From Bacilli bacterium (GTDB lineage Bacteria > Bacillota_I > Bacilli_A > ML615J-28 > CAG-698), in contig JBMNLZ010000002.1 of NCBI GenBank assembly GCA_050953065.1, forward strand, positions 32,001-96,000: DNA of 64,000 nucleotides, read 5' to 3'. The notes beneath the pieces were generated by a model. That model had not been told where the DNA came from. It ran no database searches and saw only the letters and a program-made list of their open reading frames with translations. Position numbers and translations under genes: made by a program. Below, one piece after another: positions 1-9,715 of this stretch (within the stretch, counting starts at the first letter, position 1; the number at the start of each line of letters is the position of its first letter).

Positions 1-2
1 AT

Positions 3-2456
3 TGAGCCATCTGATGGATTAGTTGAACCCCCAGAAACAACTGTTAAAGTTATTGTTCCACTTCCTTTAGAAGGATGAGTTACAGTAATCTTTGTAGTTC
101 CCGCTGATAAAGCTGAAATTGTTCCATAAGTTGAAACTGTTGCTACACTACTTGCACTTGATGAGAATGTACATTCAGTTCTTGATACTGCAGTACCCAT
201 TTGATCTCTAATATATAATTGATAACCGCTTGCTCCTACTTGAATTGTTGAACTTGGATCAGCTGTTATAGTCAACATATTTTCAGGCATCGATCCATCT
301 CCACTACCACTAACTGTTAGAGTAATTGAACCTGTTCCTTTAGTGTGAGTTACTGTAATTGTTGCAGTGCCAGCTTTTAAAGCTGAAATTGTTCCGTATG
401 AAGAAACTGTTGCAACGCTAGAGTTACTTGATGAAAATGCACATTCAAGTCTTGAAATACTCGCTCCACTTGAATCATTTACATACAATGTATAACCACT
501 TGCCCCAACTGCGATTGTTCCAGTTGGACTTTGTGTAATTGTTAGGCTTCCGGTTGGAGCTGCAGTTACTGTTACAGCGCATGTTGCTTTAACTGATGTA
601 TCAGCAACGCTTGTGGCTGTAATAGTTGTATTACCAACTGCTTTTGCAGTTACAACACCATTAGCAACTGTTGCTATCGCACTATTGCCTGAAGCCCATG
701 TCACAGTTTTATCACTAGCATTACCTACTGTTGCTGTTAAATTCTTTGTTGCACCAACTATTAAAGATGCCGATGAATCTGATAAAGTAATTGTTGGTTT
801 TAAAGCAGCAGTTACTGTCACTGTTGCTTGAGCTTGAACAGAATTATCTGCATTAAGTTTTGCAATAATTGTTGCTGTTCCAACTGAAACACCAGTTACT
901 TTACCTGTATTATCAACTGTTGCAACGCCTGTATTTCCACTTGTCCATATAATTGATTTATCTGTTAGTGATGCTGCAATAACAGTTGCTTGAATTGTTT
1001 GACTAGATCCTGCTACTAAATTCATTGAAGTAGGATTTAGTGTAATTGATTTTTGTTCAGTTACTGTTATATTAAATGTTGCTTGAATTGCTGCACTTAC
1101 AATTGATGTTGCTGTAATCGTTGTACTTCCCATTGCAACACCAGTTACTCTACCATTTGCATCAACGGTTGCAACACTAGTATTATTACTCTTCCAATTT
1201 ACTGCTGCACTAGCACCAGTTGGTAGAGCGGCAATATTTAATGTTATATTTTGACCAACACTTACTGTATTTGATCCAGTAATTAAAATTTCTTTTGTTA
1301 ATGGGATTACTGTAATATGAATTGTTGCACTCTTTTCAGCATCACCATTTAATGTTGCGATTACTTGAGCAGAACCGCCCGCAATTCCTCTTACCCAGCC
1401 GTTTTGATCAACTGTTAAAATTGATTCATTGCTTGATGTGAAAGTAAATGTTGCAGGTTCATTTGATGGTTCCCAACTAGCACTAACTAATACTTTATTT
1501 CCTTCTAACACTTCTGTTGCACCAGAAAGCGTAATTGATGAAATTGGACTGGCTGAAGTTTCAATATCTTTTACTACTAGAGTATATGATCCTTTTACTT
1601 CTGGATAATCAACTAACGTAGCTGTAATTGTAGCAACACCAGCACTAACACCAGTTACAACTCCAAAATCATTTACTGTTGCAATATTCTCATCATCACT
1701 AGTCCATCTATAACTTGAAGTAGTTGCAACATCAGAGTTTGGTGTTAATACAAGTAACCCACCTTTATTCACAAAACTACCACCAGCTATTGTAACTACT
1801 TTTGGTTCTTCTGAAACAGTTGGATTAGATTTTTCTCTAACTATTACATTAATAGTTGCAAAATTATTACCCACTACAGCTGAAACAATTATTGTTCCAG
1901 GTTCTTTTGCTCTTAATGTTCCATCAATATCAATAGTTGCAACGTTAGTATTACTTGACACCCAATTTACTTCACCTAAGAATTCACTACCATCAACTAA
2001 TACTTCTAAACTAACTTCTTCTTCAACTTCAATATTTAAATCTCCATTAGCTATTAATACATGAACATCTTCACTTGGTCCATTAGGTCCAAGATTAATA
2101 TTAGGATTATCAGTAGTAGGATCAGTAGATGAAGTATCTTCAACTATTGATACAACTATTTTTACTTTAACACCTTCAACATTTAAAAGTTCAATATTCA
2201 AATTGGCGATTCCAATAGAAATTGGTTCAATGACACCATTTTGATTTACTTGAAAAACTCCAACATTGCTTGAACTATAAGATAGTAAAGGGGTTCCTTT
2301 AAAACCTACCACCTGTGGATTAACTACATAAACATCCCCTAAAGCTACTTCAATATTTCTATCTGCTACATCTATACTAATTGAATCAGCATATCTACAT
2401 CCAGTTGTTAAAGTTAACCCAATTATTAAAATTAATAAGGTTAAAACTCTTTTCAT
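3..2456 (-). CDS. Big_2 (bacterial Ig-like) repeat lipoprotein, 3'-partial (runs off window start); paralog of 2727..6095
   Basis: Not in the ORF track. Hand translation from ATG at 2456 gives MKRVLTLLILIIGLTLTTGC (lipobox) followed by Big_2 repeats (W.SS...VATV...G.V.G...G...ITAT). The frame stays open to the window edge and is collinear with the 1122-aa ORF. Confidence 0.9.
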   Translation of the reverse strand, partial: MKRVLTLLILIIGLTLTTGCRYADSISIDVADRNIEVALGDVYVVNPQVVGFKGTPLLSYSSSNVGVFQVNQNGVIEPISIGIANLNIELLNVEGVKVKIVVSIVEDTSSTDPTTDNPNINLGPNGPSEDVHVLIANGDLNIEVEEEVSLEVLVDGSEFLGEVNWVSSNTNVATIDIDGTLRAKEPGTIIVSAVVGNNFATINVIVREKSNPTVSEEPKVVTIAGGSFVNKGGLLVLTPNSDVATTSSYRWTSDDENIATVNDFGVVTGVSAGVATITATLVDYPEVKGSYTLVVKDIETSASPISSITLSGATEVLEGNKVLVSASWEPSNEPATFTFTSSNESILTVDQNGWVRGIAGGSAQVIATLNGDAEKSATIHITVIPLTKEILITGSNTVSVGQNITLNIAALPTGASAAVNWKSNNTSVATVDANGRVTGVAMGSTTITATSIVSAAIQATFNITVTEQKSITLNPTSMNLVAGSSQTIQATVIAASLTDKSIIWTSGNTGVATVDNTGKVTGVSVGTATIIAKLNADNSVQAQATVTVTAALKPTITLSDSSASLIVGATKNLTATVGNASDKTVTWASGNSAIATVANGVVTAKAVGNTTITATSVADTSVKATCAVTVTAAPTGSLTITQSPTGTIAVGASGYTLYVNDSSGASISRLECAFSSSNSSVATVSSYGTISALKAGTATITVTHTKGTGSITLTVSGSGDGSMPENMLTITADPSSTIQVGASGYQLYIRDQMGTAVSRTECTFSSSASSVATVSTYGTISALSAGTTKITVTHPSKGSGTITLTVVSGGSTNPSDGS

Positions 2457-2467
2457 TTTAATTCTTT

Positions 2468-2492
2468 TTGTATAATTCTACTAATTATACAA
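2468..2492. promoter_or_regulatory. Palindrome TTGTATAATT-N5-AATTATACAA between SD and ATG
   Basis: Perfect 10-bp inverted repeat; SD AAGGAG at 2494-2499 (minus) and ATG at 2456; the same element occurs at 6106-6132. Confidence 0.7.
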
Positions 2493-2666
2493 TCTCCTTC
2501 CTTTAAAACATATCTAAGGATTTTTTATTACTAATTATTCGGTACAAAAAACAGTACCCCACACTATTATATTAACATAAAAGCACATTTCAAAAAAGGG
2601 AAATAATCGTTTTTACATTTAAATCAACATTTTTTTAAGAATGTTTTAAGAATAAACATAAACCAT

Positions 2667-2708
2667 AAAAAAACCCTAAAGTTTTTTTAGAAAAACTCTA
2701 GGGTTTTT
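2667..2708 (-). terminator. Intrinsic terminator after the amidase lipoprotein gene
   Basis: AAAAACCCTAAAGTTTTT...AAAAACTCTAGGGTTTTT hairpin with flanking A/T runs, just past the stop at 2727. Confidence 0.75.
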
Positions 2709-2726
2709 AAACTTTTTATTAGGTTA

Positions 2727-5700
2727 TTATGGTGTAGAAATTGCACTCCAGTCATTTCTACCAGTTACAGCTGCACCAATTGAACTTGGAACAGTTGAAG
2801 TATATGTCTTAGTATAAGCTACACTTCCTTTTGTAATTGTAACTTGGAAGTTAACGTTAGTATTGCTTGAAGGTTTTGCAATTACTTGACCACTATCATC
2901 AACGATTGATGTATTAAGTGATTTACCACTAATTCCAAATCCTTTTACTTGGAATTTATAATACCATTCATATTCAGCTTGAACCATCTTAGAGAATGTA
3001 CCAGTCCATAGACCTGCTTGACGTAACTCTTGAGGACAGTTCTTATAACTGAAGCTGTAGTGTTGTTTAACACATGCTAAACTAGATAATCCACTCCATC
3101 TACTCATAATAATTGGAATAAACGCTGCTGTTCTTTGCCATACAGTCCATAATCTACTTCCTGGGTCAACGCACATTTCAATACCGATTGCATAACTGTT
3201 ACCACTATATAGTCCACTAGTTGTACTTCCTGCATGCCATGCAGTACTGTTTTCAGGACATACTCTATAAATTGTGTTTCCACTATCAATACAGTAGTGA
3301 ATTGATGCACCACTTGAATTTGCTAAAAATCTTGCGTTCATATCCGCATTAGCACCAACGCTATTATTTCCTGTACAGTGAATTGTAATATAATATCTTC
3401 CAGGAGCTGTTGAATGCCAACGATAATATTTTGTTGTATTAACTGAAGAACCACCAAATCTTAAATAGTTAACACTTCCATAAGTTGCTTGAGATTTTGT
3501 TGTATTACCATATGTTATAACATATCTACTAAATGTAGTTGCAATTCTATATTTATCAACCATAGCAAACGCTGCAGCTAATTCAGTAGGAATTGGTCCA
3601 CCTGATGGAGGAGGTGTTCCACCACCGCCATCACTAGTAACTGTTAAAGTAATTGAACCTGTTCCTTTAGCATGAGTTACTGTAATTGTTGCAGAACCCG
3701 CTGATAAAGCTGAAATTGTTCCATATGTTGAAACTGTTGCTACACTACTATTGCTTGATGTAAATGTACATTCAAGACGAGATAGGCTTGTTCCAGCTGA
3801 ATCTCTAACATAGATTTGATATCCACTTGCTCCAACTGACATTGATGCACTTGGATCAGCTGTTACTGTTAAGCCCCCTGTTGGAGGATTAACTGGAGGT
3901 GTTCCACCGCCACCATCACCAATTGTTAATGTAATTGAGCCTGTTCCTTTTGAAGGATGGCTAACTGTTATTTTAACTGTTCCATTCTTTAATGCTGAGA
4001 TTGTTCCATAACTTGAAACTGTTGCAATACTTGCATCAGCTGATGAGAATGTACATTCAAGACGAGATACACTAGCACCACTTGAGTCATTGATGTAAAG
4101 TTGATATCCACTTGCTCCAACTGCAATTGAACCTGTTGGGCTTTGTGTTACTGTTAAAGTTCCTGCTGGAGGAGCTGTTACAGTTACAGCACATGTTGCT
4201 TTAACTGTTGTATCAGCATCTGCTGTTGCTGTAATTGTTGCAGTACCAGCAGCTTTAGCTGTTACAACACCATTTGCAACTGTTGCTACACTAGTATTAC
4301 TTGAAGTCCATGTAACACTTGTGTTAGTTGCATTTCCAACTGTAGCTGTTAAATTCTTAGTTCCACCAACTAATAATGATGCAGATGAATCTGACAATGT
4401 AATTGTTGGTTTTGGAGCAGCAGTTACTGTTACTGTTGCTTGAGCTTGAACGCTATTGTCTGCATTAAGTTTTGCAATAATATTTGCTGTTCCAGCTGAA
4501 ACACCTGTAACTTTACCATTTGCATCAACTGTTGCAACACCTGTATTTCCGCTTGTCCATACAACAGACTTATCTGATAATGAAGCTGCGAATACTGATG
4601 CTACGATTGTTTGGCTAGATCCTGCTACTAAATTTAATGTTGTTGGTGTTAAAGTAATTGATTTTTGATCAGTTACTGTTACACTAAATGTTCCTTTAAT
4701 TTCTGCACTAAGTATAGACGAAGCTGTAATTGTTACAGTTCCTTCTTTTACACCTGTTACTCTACCATTTGCATCTACTGATGCAACAGTAGAATCACTA
4801 GTTGACCAATTTACTGCTGCACTAGAACCAGCTGGTACAGATGTAGCAGTTAATACTACGTTTTGACCAACACTTACAGTATTTGAACCTGTAATTAAGA
4901 TTTCTGTTGGTAATGGAATTACTGTTATATTAAATGTTGCATTCTTTTCAGCATCACCATTTAATGTTGCGATTACTTGAGCAGAACCACCTGCGATTCC
5001 TTTTACCCATCCATTTTGATCAACTGTTAAAATTGATTCATTGCTTGAAGAGAAAGTAAATGTTGCAGGTTCATTTGATGGTTCCCAACTAACATTTATT
5101 AATATTTTATTACCTTGTAACACTTCTGTTGCACCAGCAAGTTTAATTGATGTAATTGGACTAGCTGCAGTTGCTACTTCTTTTACTAAAATAGTAAATG
5201 AACCAGACACTGTTGGATAATCTACTAATGTTGCTGTGATTGTAGCAACACCAGCACTAACACCAATTACTACACCGTTTGCATCTACTGTTGCAACACT
5301 TGGTTTATTACTTGACCAACTAAATTTAGAGCTTGTATTAACATCAGGAGTTGCAGTCAAAGTAGCTATACTTTCTTCATTAACCCAGTTAGGACCTGTT
5401 ACTATAACTGCTTTTGGTTCTGTTACAACGATTGGAGAATCAGCAATTCTAACTGTTACGTTGATAGCTGTAAAACTACCACCTGCTACAGCTGAGATAA
5501 CTGTTGTCCCTGCCGCTTTAGCTGTTAAAGCTCCATCAATGTCAACAGTTGCAACACCTTGATTACTTGATACCCAAATTATTTCTCCTAAGAATTCGCT
5601 TCCTGAAGCTAATAATTGTAAATTAACTGTTTCACCAACAGCAATATTTAAATCTCCATTAGCTATTAATAATTCTGGAAATTCTTCTACATCTCCTGGA

Positions 5701-6095
5701 TCATTTGGTTTTTCAGGATCATTTGGATTTTCAGGATCGTTTGGATTTGTTGGATCAACAGTTGTGTTTGAATTATCAATAACAGTAACTGTTATTTTTA
5801 ATCTCACATCCGCAACGTTCAAAACGTCCACGAATAAATTAGCGATACCAACTGATACTGGCTCGATAACTCCGTTTTGATTTACTTGGAAAATACTTGG
5901 ATCACTTGAACTATATGCTAAGATAGGTGCTTCTGATAATCCAGTTACCTGTGGATTAATTGCATAAAGGTCACCTAAAGCAACTTCAACGTTCCTATTA
6001 TCTACACTAACAGTAACTTGTGTATCCGTAGATAAACACCCAGTTACTAGGAATAGCCCAATGGCTAAAACAAACAAGGTTAAGATTTTTCTCAT
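2727..6095 (-). CDS. Big_2 repeat lipoprotein with C-terminal Amidase_2-family N-acetylmuramoyl-L-alanine amidase
   Basis: Lipobox LVTGC; about 8 Ig-like repeats; amidase motifs YITIHCTGN, SIHYCID, AWHAG, GNSYAIGIEMC, QHYSFSYKNCP. Confidence 0.9.
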   Translation of the reverse strand: MRKILTLFVLAIGLFLVTGCLSTDTQVTVSVDNRNVEVALGDLYAINPQVTGLSEAPILAYSSSDPSIFQVNQNGVIEPVSVGIANLFVDVLNVADVRLKITVTVIDNSNTTVDPTNPNDPENPNDPEKPNDPGDVEEFPELLIANGDLNIAVGETVNLQLLASGSEFLGEIIWVSSNQGVATVDIDGALTAKAAGTTVISAVAGGSFTAINVTVRIADSPIVVTEPKAVIVTGPNWVNEESIATLTATPDVNTSSKFSWSSNKPSVATVDANGVVIGVSAGVATITATLVDYPTVSGSFTILVKEVATAASPITSIKLAGATEVLQGNKILINVSWEPSNEPATFTFSSSNESILTVDQNGWVKGIAGGSAQVIATLNGDAEKNATFNITVIPLPTEILITGSNTVSVGQNVVLTATSVPAGSSAAVNWSTSDSTVASVDANGRVTGVKEGTVTITASSILSAEIKGTFSVTVTDQKSITLTPTTLNLVAGSSQTIVASVFAASLSDKSVVWTSGNTGVATVDANGKVTGVSAGTANIIAKLNADNSVQAQATVTVTAAPKPTITLSDSSASLLVGGTKNLTATVGNATNTSVTWTSSNTSVATVANGVVTAKAAGTATITATADADTTVKATCAVTVTAPPAGTLTVTQSPTGSIAVGASGYQLYINDSSGASVSRLECTFSSADASIATVSSYGTISALKNGTVKITVSHPSKGTGSITLTIGDGGGGTPPVNPPTGGLTVTADPSASMSVGASGYQIYVRDSAGTSLSRLECTFTSSNSSVATVSTYGTISALSAGSATITVTHAKGTGSITLTVTSDGGGGTPPPSGGPIPTELAAAFAMVDKYRIATTFSRYVITYGNTTKSQATYGSVNYLRFGGSSVNTTKYYRWHSTAPGRYYITIHCTGNNSVGANADMNARFLANSSGASIHYCIDSGNTIYRVCPENSTAWHAGSTTSGLYSGNSYAIGIEMCVDPGSRLWTVWQRTAAFIPIIMSRWSGLSSLACVKQHYSFSYKNCPQELRQAGLWTGTFSKMVQAEYEWYYKFQVKGFGISGKSLNTSIVDDSGQVIAKPSSNTNVNFQVTITKGSVAYTKTYTSTVPSSIGAAVTGRNDWSAISTP

Positions 6096-6105
6096 TTTCC
6101 ATCTT

Positions 6106-6132
6106 TTTGTATAATTCCCCTAATTATACAAA
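6106..6132. promoter_or_regulatory. Palindrome TTTGTATAATT-N5-AATTATACAAA between SD and ATG
   Basis: 11-bp inverted repeat; SD AAGGAG at 6134-6139 (minus) and ATG at 6095. Confidence 0.7.
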
Positions 6133-6223
6133 GCTCCTTTCTTTTTTTAAAAACTCTTTTCTTATCGCATTTGCTTTGGGATAAGCAAATTAAAGTATTT
6201 AAATAGTACGGAAAAGCACATTT

Positions 6224-6237
6224 TGAAAGCGCTATCC
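6224..6237. promoter_or_regulatory. cre-like (CcpA/LacI-family) operator candidate
   Basis: TGAAAGCGCTATCC matches TGAAAGCGCTTTCA at 12/14; it lies just downstream of an extended -10 (TGgTAGAAT, 6248-6256 minus). Confidence 0.4.
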
Positions 6238-6325
6238 CCTCATTCTAATTCTACCATAATTTTAAATATTTTTGTATTAATATTCACTCTTTCTTTAAGA
6301 CTCATTTAAGATTTAATTAAAAAAT

Positions 6326-6350
6326 AAAAAAACACGAGTTTCCTCGTGTT
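6326..6350 (-). terminator. Intrinsic terminator after tpiA
   Basis: AACACGAG-tttc-CTCGTGTT hairpin with a U-run on the minus strand. Confidence 0.85.
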
Positions 6351-6358
6351 ATATTTTC

Positions 6359-7114
6359 TTATTTAACAGCTGCTTTTACCATAGTAATGAAATCTTCAGC
6401 ATTCAAACTAGCTCCGCCAATTAAAGCTCCATCAATATGTTCTTGAGCCATAAGTTCAGCAATATTACCTGGTTTTACAGAACCACCATATTGAATTCTT
6501 ACTTTATCAGCTACTTCTTTAGAATAAAGACTAGCTATTGTTTTTCTAATAAAACCACATGTTTCATTAGCTATTTCAGCTGTTGCAGTTTTACCAGTTC
6601 CAATTGCCCAAATAGGTTCATATGCAATTACTAAGCTTTCAACTTCTTCACTAGTTAAACCAGCTAAATCAAGTTTTAATTGATTACCAATAACTTTTTC
6701 AGTCTTTCCTTTTTCTCTTTCTTCTAATTCTTCACCAACACAAAGAATTGGTTTTAATTCTTTTTCAAAAGCAGTTTTTATCTTTTTATTAATCGCTTCA
6801 TCTGTTTCATTAAACATAGCACGTCTTTCACTATGACCAATAATTACATATTCAACATTAATTGAAGTTAGCATAGAAGCTGATACTTCACCTGTAAATG
6901 CTCCATTTTCTGCATAATGCATATTTTGAGCACCAATTCTTAAATTTTCACCTTGTCTTTTAACCAAGCATCTTAAAACTGTAAATGGTGCACAAATTAC
7001 ACTATCTACATCTTCAATTGATGGAACTCTTTCATTTACTGCATAAATGAATTGTAAAGCTTCATCACGCGTTTTAAACATTTTCCAATTTCCAGCAATA
7101 ATAGGTTTTCTCAT
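6359..7114 (-). CDS. tpiA: Triosephosphate isomerase
   Basis: [34 protein letters not shown]. Start moved to MRKPII (7114; 7120 also possible) based on SD AAGGAG at 7125-7130. Confidence 0.97.
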   Translation of the reverse strand: MRKPIIAGNWKMFKTRDEALQFIYAVNERVPSIEDVDSVICAPFTVLRCLVKRQGENLRIGAQNMHYAENGAFTGEVSASMLTSINVEYVIIGHSERRAMFNETDEAINKKIKTAFEKELKPILCVGEELEEREKGKTEKVIGNQLKLDLAGLTSEEVESLVIAYEPIWAIGTGKTATAEIANETCGFIRKTIASLYSKEVADKVRIQYGGSVKPGNIAELMAQEHIDGALIGGASLNAEDFITMVKAAVK

Positions 7115-7142
7115 TATCATATATCTCCTTAACTTTTTTACC

Positions 7143-8354
7143 TTAGCATTTACTACAGCCACGGCATTTATCATCAATGATTGCTACGCCTGGTAATTCT
7201 TTACCTTCTAGGTATTCTAAACTAGCTCCACCACCAGTTGAAATGTGAGTGACTTTTTCCTCATATCCTAATTGGATTGCAGCCGCTGCACTATCCCCAC
7301 CACCAATGATTGTAGTAGCATTTTCTAAAGAAGCAATTAGTTTGCAAATTTCTTTTGTTCCATAAGCAAACTTATCCATTTCAAAAACACCAGCAGGGCC
7401 ATTCCAAACAACAGTCTTAGCGCCTTTAATTTCCTTTTTAAAAACTTCAATTGTTTTAGGTCCAATATCTAATCCCATAAAATCACTTGGAATTTTAGAA
7501 CTATCAACAATCATAGATTCAGATGTTTCATTAAACTCTCTTGCTACATGTGTATCAACAGGTAAAATTATCTTACCACCAGCTTTTTCTAATAAGCCCT
7601 TAGCAAAATCAACAAAATCATCTTCACACTTTGATGTTCCAACACCATAGCCTAATGCTTTATAGAAAGTATATGCCATCGCACCACAAATAAAAATCTT
7701 ATCTGCAATGTTAATTAAATTTTCAATAACTGAAATTTTATCACTAACTTTAGCTCCACCTAAAATCGCAACAAATGGTCTTTCAGGATTATCTACTGCT
7801 CCACCGATAAATCTTATTTCTTTTTCCATCAAAAATCCTGCAACACTATCTTTTACATTGCTTGCAATACCAACGTTAGAAGCATGAGCTCTATGAGCAG
7901 TTCCAAATGCATCATTAACAAATACATCACCAAGTGAGGCCCAATATTTACCCAACTCAGGATCATTTTTTGATTCTTTTTTGCCTGGAACATCTTCAAA
8001 TCTTGTATTCTCAAGCATAATTATATCTTTAGCTTTCATCGCCTTTACTGCATCTTCTACAGCTTTTCCTCTAGTTGCAGGAATAAACTTAACATCCTGA
8101 CCTAATAGTTTAGCTAACTCTTTAGCAACTGGCGCTAAGCTTGAAGTAGCTTTATCTGCTTCTTCTTTAACTCTACCTAAATGTGAAAACAAGACAACCT
8201 TAGCATTATTATCTAAAGCATATTTAATCGTTGGTAAAGCTTGTACTATACGGTTATCACTAGTGATAACACCATCTTTCATCGGAACGTTAAAGTCCAC
8301 TCTCATTAAAACAACCTTATTGTCAACATTAATATCACGAATAGTTTTTTTCAT
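7143..8354 (-). CDS. pgk: Phosphoglycerate kinase
   Basis: [39 protein letters not shown]. Confidence 0.98.
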   Translation of the reverse strand: MKKTIRDINVDNKVVLMRVDFNVPMKDGVITSDNRIVQALPTIKYALDNNAKVVLFSHLGRVKEEADKATSSLAPVAKELAKLLGQDVKFIPATRGKAVEDAVKAMKAKDIIMLENTRFEDVPGKKESKNDPELGKYWASLGDVFVNDAFGTAHRAHASNVGIASNVKDSVAGFLMEKEIRFIGGAVDNPERPFVAILGGAKVSDKISVIENLINIADKIFICGAMAYTFYKALGYGVGTSKCEDDFVDFAKGLLEKAGGKIILPVDTHVAREFNETSESMIVDSSKIPSDFMGLDIGPKTIEVFKKEIKGAKTVVWNGPAGVFEMDKFAYGTKEICKLIASLENATTIIGGGDSAAAAIQLGYEEKVTHISTGGGASLEYLEGKELPGVAIIDDKCRGCSKC

Positions 8355-8446
8355 AAAAATTCCTCCTTTTTAATTCGTAAAATTTTCTAACCTAAAATAT
8401 TATACCATAATTTTTAAAGATTGTATATCTAAAAAATTAAAAATTA

Positions 8447-8477
8447 AAAGCTCTACTATCATTTTTAGTAGAGCTTC
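8447..8477 (-). terminator. Intrinsic terminator after msmX
   Basis: AAGCTCTACTA...TAGTAGAGCTT hairpin. Confidence 0.8.
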
Positions 8478-8499
8478 TTAAAACTATTTAATTTCTAAA

Positions 8500-9621
8500 T
8501 TAATTATCTTTAATTCTTAATTCAGTATCAACATCAAAGAAGTGAGCTTTATTCATATTGAAAGCAAGTGATACATCATCATTCATATGAATATCAACTC
8601 TTGCATCAACTTTAGCAACTAAACTTTGACCATTCATTAATGCATAGATTAATGTTTCAGCTCCAAGTAATTCAGCCACATCAACTTTTAAGTCAACTTT
8701 AGCGCCTTTATATTTTTCTAAATCTTCTTCTTTATCATGAATATCTTCTGGTCTAATTCCCATAATAATTGGTTTTTCTAAATATTTTTGTTCCTTTAAC
8801 ATCTTGAATGTTTTTTCAGGAAGTTTTAATCTTGAAACACCAAGTTTATGATCTCCACATTCAAAGAATCCTGCATCAGTAACTTTTCCTTCAATGAAGT
8901 TCATTGGAGGAGTACCAATAAATCCACCAACAAAGATATTAGTTGGATTATCATAGATTTCTTTTGGAGCTCCGATTTGTTGAATTAATCCATCTTTCAT
9001 AACAACAATTCTTGATGCCATTGTCATGGCTTCAATTTGGTCATGCGTAACATAAATTGTAGTAATACCTAATTTTTCAGTAATCTTAATAATCTCAGAT
9101 CTCATTTGAACACGTAGTTTAGCATCTAAGTTTGATAGTGGTTCATCCATTAAGAAAACTTTTGCATCACGTACAATTGCTCTACCTAAAGCAACACGTT
9201 GACGTTGTCCACCTGATAAGGCTTTAGGACGACGATTTAAATAAGGTTTTAATTCTAAGATTTCAGCTGCATTATTTACACGTCTATCAATTTCATCTCT
9301 TGAAAACTTTCTAAGTTTTAAACCAAACGCCATATTATCATAAACAGTCATATGAGGATACAAAGCATAGCTTTGGAAAACCATCGCAATATTACGATCT
9401 TTTGGAGCTACGTCATTCATAACTTCATTATCAATTTTTAATTCACCTGAAGTAATTTCTTCAAGCCCTGCAATCATTCTTAATGTAGTAGTCTTACCAC
9501 ATCCTGATGGACCAACGAATACGATAAATTCTTTATCCTTAACTTGTAAGTTAAAGTCAATTACTGCATGCACATTCCCATCATAAACTTTATTAATATT
9601 TTTTAAACCAACAGTTGCCAT
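8500..9621 (-). CDS. msmX: Multiple-sugar ABC transporter ATP-binding protein (MsmX/MalK family)
   Basis: GPSGCGKTT, LSGGQRQRVALGRA, DEPLSNLDAKLR, C-terminal TOBE region. Confidence 0.92.
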   Translation of the reverse strand: MATVGLKNINKVYDGNVHAVIDFNLQVKDKEFIVFVGPSGCGKTTTLRMIAGLEEITSGELKIDNEVMNDVAPKDRNIAMVFQSYALYPHMTVYDNMAFGLKLRKFSRDEIDRRVNNAAEILELKPYLNRRPKALSGGQRQRVALGRAIVRDAKVFLMDEPLSNLDAKLRVQMRSEIIKITEKLGITTIYVTHDQIEAMTMASRIVVMKDGLIQQIGAPKEIYDNPTNIFVGGFIGTPPMNFIEGKVTDAGFFECGDHKLGVSRLKLPEKTFKMLKEQKYLEKPIIMGIRPEDIHDKEEDLEKYKGAKVDLKVDVAELLGAETLIYALMNGQSLVAKVDARVDIHMNDDVSLAFNMNKAHFFDVDTELRIKDN

Positions 9622-9693
9622 TATTTTCCTCCTTAAAACAACTTATTTTTAAAACATACAAAAGTATTATACTAATCAAAAACAAAAAAAACA

Positions 9694-9710
9694 ATGTGCA
9701 AATTGCACAA
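9694..9710. promoter_or_regulatory. Candidate PucR/CdaR-family activator site upstream of the msmX promoter
   Basis: ATGTG-CAAATTG-CACAA dyad immediately upstream of a weak -35 (TTGTTT, 9689-9694) spaced 17 bp from TATAAT (9666-9671, minus). Confidence 0.55.
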
Positions 9711-9715
9711 TTGTT

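Noticed and set aside
613-5562. Short + strand ORFs (613, 4456, 5236) and similar antisense or nested ORFs throughout the track
   Set aside because: Shadows of long, well-supported genes caused by codon bias.
6159-6190. Hairpin ATTTGCTT..AAGCAAAT in the amidase gene leader as a riboswitch
   Set aside because: No recognisable aptamer consensus or expression platform, and it is not shared with the paralog.
7114-7183. tpiA frame is open across the pgk 3' end, recalling the Thermotoga PGK-TPI frameshift fusion
   Set aside because: The overlap is only about 14 codons, no convincing slippery site is visible, and tpiA has its own AAGGAG SD.
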